Below are positions 61,802-64,000 of a stretch of DNA of 64,000 nucleotides, piece after piece. Origin of the DNA: a virus; the IMG/VR virus record IMGVR_UViG_3300032116_000064, positions 37,538 through 101,537 of that record; one strand, 5' to 3'. The notes below the pieces were generated by a model. The model did not search any database, had not been told where the DNA came from, and was given only the letters and a program-made list of their open reading frames with translations. Numbering within the stretch: position 1 is the first letter of the stretch; each line of letters begins with the position of its first letter. A program made the translations under genes and the position numbers.

Positions 61802-63242
61802 TTATTTTTAGTTTATCTAGTGTATCTTGATCTACCATACCAGTATCTCCTACTGGTTGATTCTTAAATTCATTTCTGGTCTTTAGTTCTCTTAGCTTGG
61901 CATGTGATCCTTGCATAACCATATTTATGTAATCCCCATCGTCTAATCCGCCGCCGTGTCTTGATACAATAGGAACTAATTTTCTATTGCCAGCATTTGG
62001 ACCATCTTCCGCCAACTCTTCTGGCGACTTAGCTTTGAAGATACTAAACGAAGTACATAGCCAAATTAGTCTATCTGAGCCGCTAACAGCATCTGTACTT
62101 TCTTTAGTTATACCATCGCGGTTCAGCTGAACGAATGAAAGGCATGGTATATCAAGCTTTACGCAAAGATTATGAAGAGAAGTAATTTGAAAGCCCAGTG
62201 CTTGGTATTCTTGTATGTTATTAGTTATTGAGCTAGAAGACATCAATTTAAGATAATCGTATATGATTAGACAGTTATTTGTTTTACCATTGTCATCCAT
62301 TCTAACGTCTTGCATTACCCATCGTCTAATCAAGTTGAGTATTTGTTCAAATGGTTTTCCTGCAACGCTAACGTAACTATACGGTATGGATTCAATCTTT
62401 TCAATAGCGTCTAATACTTTTTGTCGTTTTTCATCATCCTCTGTGAATCTACCGGTAGCAATTTCATTGATTGGAACTCCGCTTATGTTTGCTAATAATC
62501 TATTCAAATGATCTTCCTTACTCATTTCAGTATCTAACATCAGTACCGGTGTTCCTTTAGAAGATACATTTAAAGCTACATTATCAGCAAATACGCTTTT
62601 ACCAACCTTTGGTCGTGCTGATATTAAGTCAACGCATTTCCTTCTTAATCCTCCACCGATTGCTTCATCGTACTTGTTGAAGCCCGTTGGTATTCCTATG
62701 ATATCACATTTGTTCTCTTCTAGAAATTCTAAATATTGTTTGGCATCCTTGCCAATTTTCTCTGGAAGATCACCACTATCGTCTTCTCGTAAAAAATCTG
62801 TAACTGGGTTTTCTAGTATTTGTATAATTTCATTTATAGATTCTGATCCCGTAACGTCATCTATATCCTTATGGATTTTTGCTGTAAGACCTTTTATCTT
62901 ACGTGCAAATTCAAACTTCTTCATCTGTATTGCAAAGCTAAACACATTATCTTTATTGATCGGGAAGTCCATTAAAGACTTTATGTACTTCAACTCTTGA
63001 TCTGTGTTTATACTTTCAGAAAGACTAAGCTGTTCTGATGCAGATAAAATAGATGGTATATCTACCTTTTGATCATTCAATATAACTTTTTCAATACATT
63101 TGAATAATACTTGATTATTAAAATGACCAAAGCTATCTTGGCTTATCACATCTGATACAGATACATATGCATCTATACCATGCTGCAACAGTCCAGCTAA
63201 AACCGCTCTTTCTGAACCAATATCAGTTAACTTAGTTTCCAT
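61776..63242 (-). CDS. dnaB: Replicative DNA helicase
   Basis: Start reassigned to the ATG at 63242; SERAVLAG, ARPKVGKS Walker A, IIYDYL, QLNR. Confidence 0.92.
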   Translation of the reverse strand: METKLTDIGSERAVLAGLLQHGIDAYVSVSDVISQDSFGHFNNQVLFKCIEKVILNDQKVDIPSILSASEQLSLSESINTDQELKYIKSLMDFPINKDNVFSFAIQMKKFEFARKIKGLTAKIHKDIDDVTGSESINEIIQILENPVTDFLREDDSGDLPEKIGKDAKQYLEFLEENKCDIIGIPTGFNKYDEAIGGGLRRKCVDLISARPKVGKSVFADNVALNVSSKGTPVLMLDTEMSKEDHLNRLLANISGVPINEIATGRFTEDDEKRQKVLDAIEKIESIPYSYVSVAGKPFEQILNLIRRWVMQDVRMDDNGKTNNCLIIYDYLKLMSSSSITNNIQEYQALGFQITSLHNLCVKLDIPCLSFVQLNRDGITKESTDAVSGSDRLIWLCTSFSIFKAKSPEELAEDGPNAGNRKLVPIVSRHGGGLDDGDYINMVMQGSHAKLRELKTRNEFKNQPVGDTGMVDQDTLDKLKINGLAEDQE

Positions 63243-63243
63243 A

Positions 63244-63663
63244 TCACTTTCCAGTGCATCGGTTACAGCGATAATAGTCGCCGTGAACGAATCGTGCGTC
63301 TTCTTTAAATGTTTTACCACAAACGTGGCATTCTACCTCAACCTTTTTATGTGGCTGGCGACGGCGAGGGGTTTTTTCAAACTGGGGAGTTTCTACATCC
63401 CTAAATTCACCGGTATCTTGCCACTCATTCTTTCTGGCTCTCACTTGTTCTTTTCTCCTAGTATTAGAAGTACTTTCCTGCTTAAACATTGTAAAATCTT
63501 CATTCACACTTGCAGGGGGCGTGGAAGATTGTATTTGTTTTATGCTTTCCTTTTTTACTTCCTGTGGAATGCTAGACAATGTTTGACTATCGCCAACCAG
63601 TGCCTTTAACAAAGCTTGTTTTTGCTCATCGTTAAGCATGTTTATAAAATCGTTCATACTCAT
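63244..63663 (-). CDS. Hypothetical protein with a C-terminal zinc ribbon
   Basis: CHVCG...CNRC. Confidence 0.7.
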   Translation of the reverse strand: MSMNDFINMLNDEQKQALLKALVGDSQTLSSIPQEVKKESIKQIQSSTPPASVNEDFTMFKQESTSNTRRKEQVRARKNEWQDTGEFRDVETPQFEKTPRRRQPHKKVEVECHVCGKTFKEDARFVHGDYYRCNRCTGK

Positions 63664-63998
63664 GATCGTTTACCTTTCTCAAGTAATATGTCGGCTTTTC
63701 TCTTTAGTTCAAATACTTTGCCGTCTAATGATTGCAGCCTAGCCTCTGCTATTTCACGCATATTTTCTAAAGAAGCTGCATAAGAATTCATATTTGCTAA
63801 TATATGTTTCTTAGATTCGTGTTTTGTGTACTGACCAAACTCGTTACTATTTTTTACAATGAGTTTTTCCATTTGATCGTTGCACCAATTTAATGCCACT
63901 TTGTTCTTATTTATTTCATCTTGAATATATGTAGCATAACCGTATAAGAGATATGCGGCATCAAAAAGCTCAACTTGTGTTAGTTTTACTAGTTGCTC
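63660..63998 (-). CDS. Helical/coiled-coil hypothetical protein, 5' end outside the window
   Basis: Frame stays open from 63899 to the window edge (EQLVKLTQVELFDAAY...). Confidence 0.65.
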   Translation of the reverse strand, partial: EQLVKLTQVELFDAAYLLYGYATYIQDEINKNKVALNWCNDQMEKLIVKNSNEFGQYTKHESKKHILANMNSYAASLENMREIAEARLQSLDGKVFELKRKADILLEKGKRS

Positions 63999-64000
63999 AG

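Noticed and set aside
1-64000. Stop-codon reassignment, tRNA genes, rRNA genes, CRISPR arrays, IS elements
   Set aside because: Genes are long and abut each other in the standard code with all three stops in use; intergenic gaps are too short, and I saw no such structures

Overview
This is a 64-kb, AT-rich segment of a large tailed dsDNA phage read in the standard genetic code. No sheath gene is visible, so it is probably siphovirus-like. It holds two convergent, densely packed blocks that meet at a GC-rich hairpin near 40.19 kb. The plus-strand block (1-40.2 kb) is a late virion module: head-tail adaptor, neck-located fibre genes, head closure and tail completion genes, major tail protein, two paralogous tail-assembly chaperones, a 2345-aa tape measure protein and several very large tail-tip/adhesin proteins. 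The minus-strand block (40.2-64 kb) is a replication module: DnaB, DnaG, dNMP kinase, a PD-(D/E)XK exonuclease, a DnaE split into two genes without an intein, a DEDDh exonuclease, SSB and an annealing protein. It also contains an 11-gene glycosyltransferase/sugar-modification cluster. The best candidate for an undescribed system is phage-encoded glycosylation of the virion at Ser-Gly sites. The support is the GT cluster, a strong Ser-Gly excess in exposed virion proteins, and near-complete CCWGG avoidance, which argues that the DNA itself is not shielded. Other highlights are an integrin-alpha-like propeller with an inserted MIDAS domain, a nuclease-like cassette inside the tape measure protein, a uORF/hairpin in front of a duplicated tail chaperone, and a GTGTATA-N6-TAG putative late promoter. 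All family calls come from motifs recognised by eye, all counts are manual, and no database searches were run.
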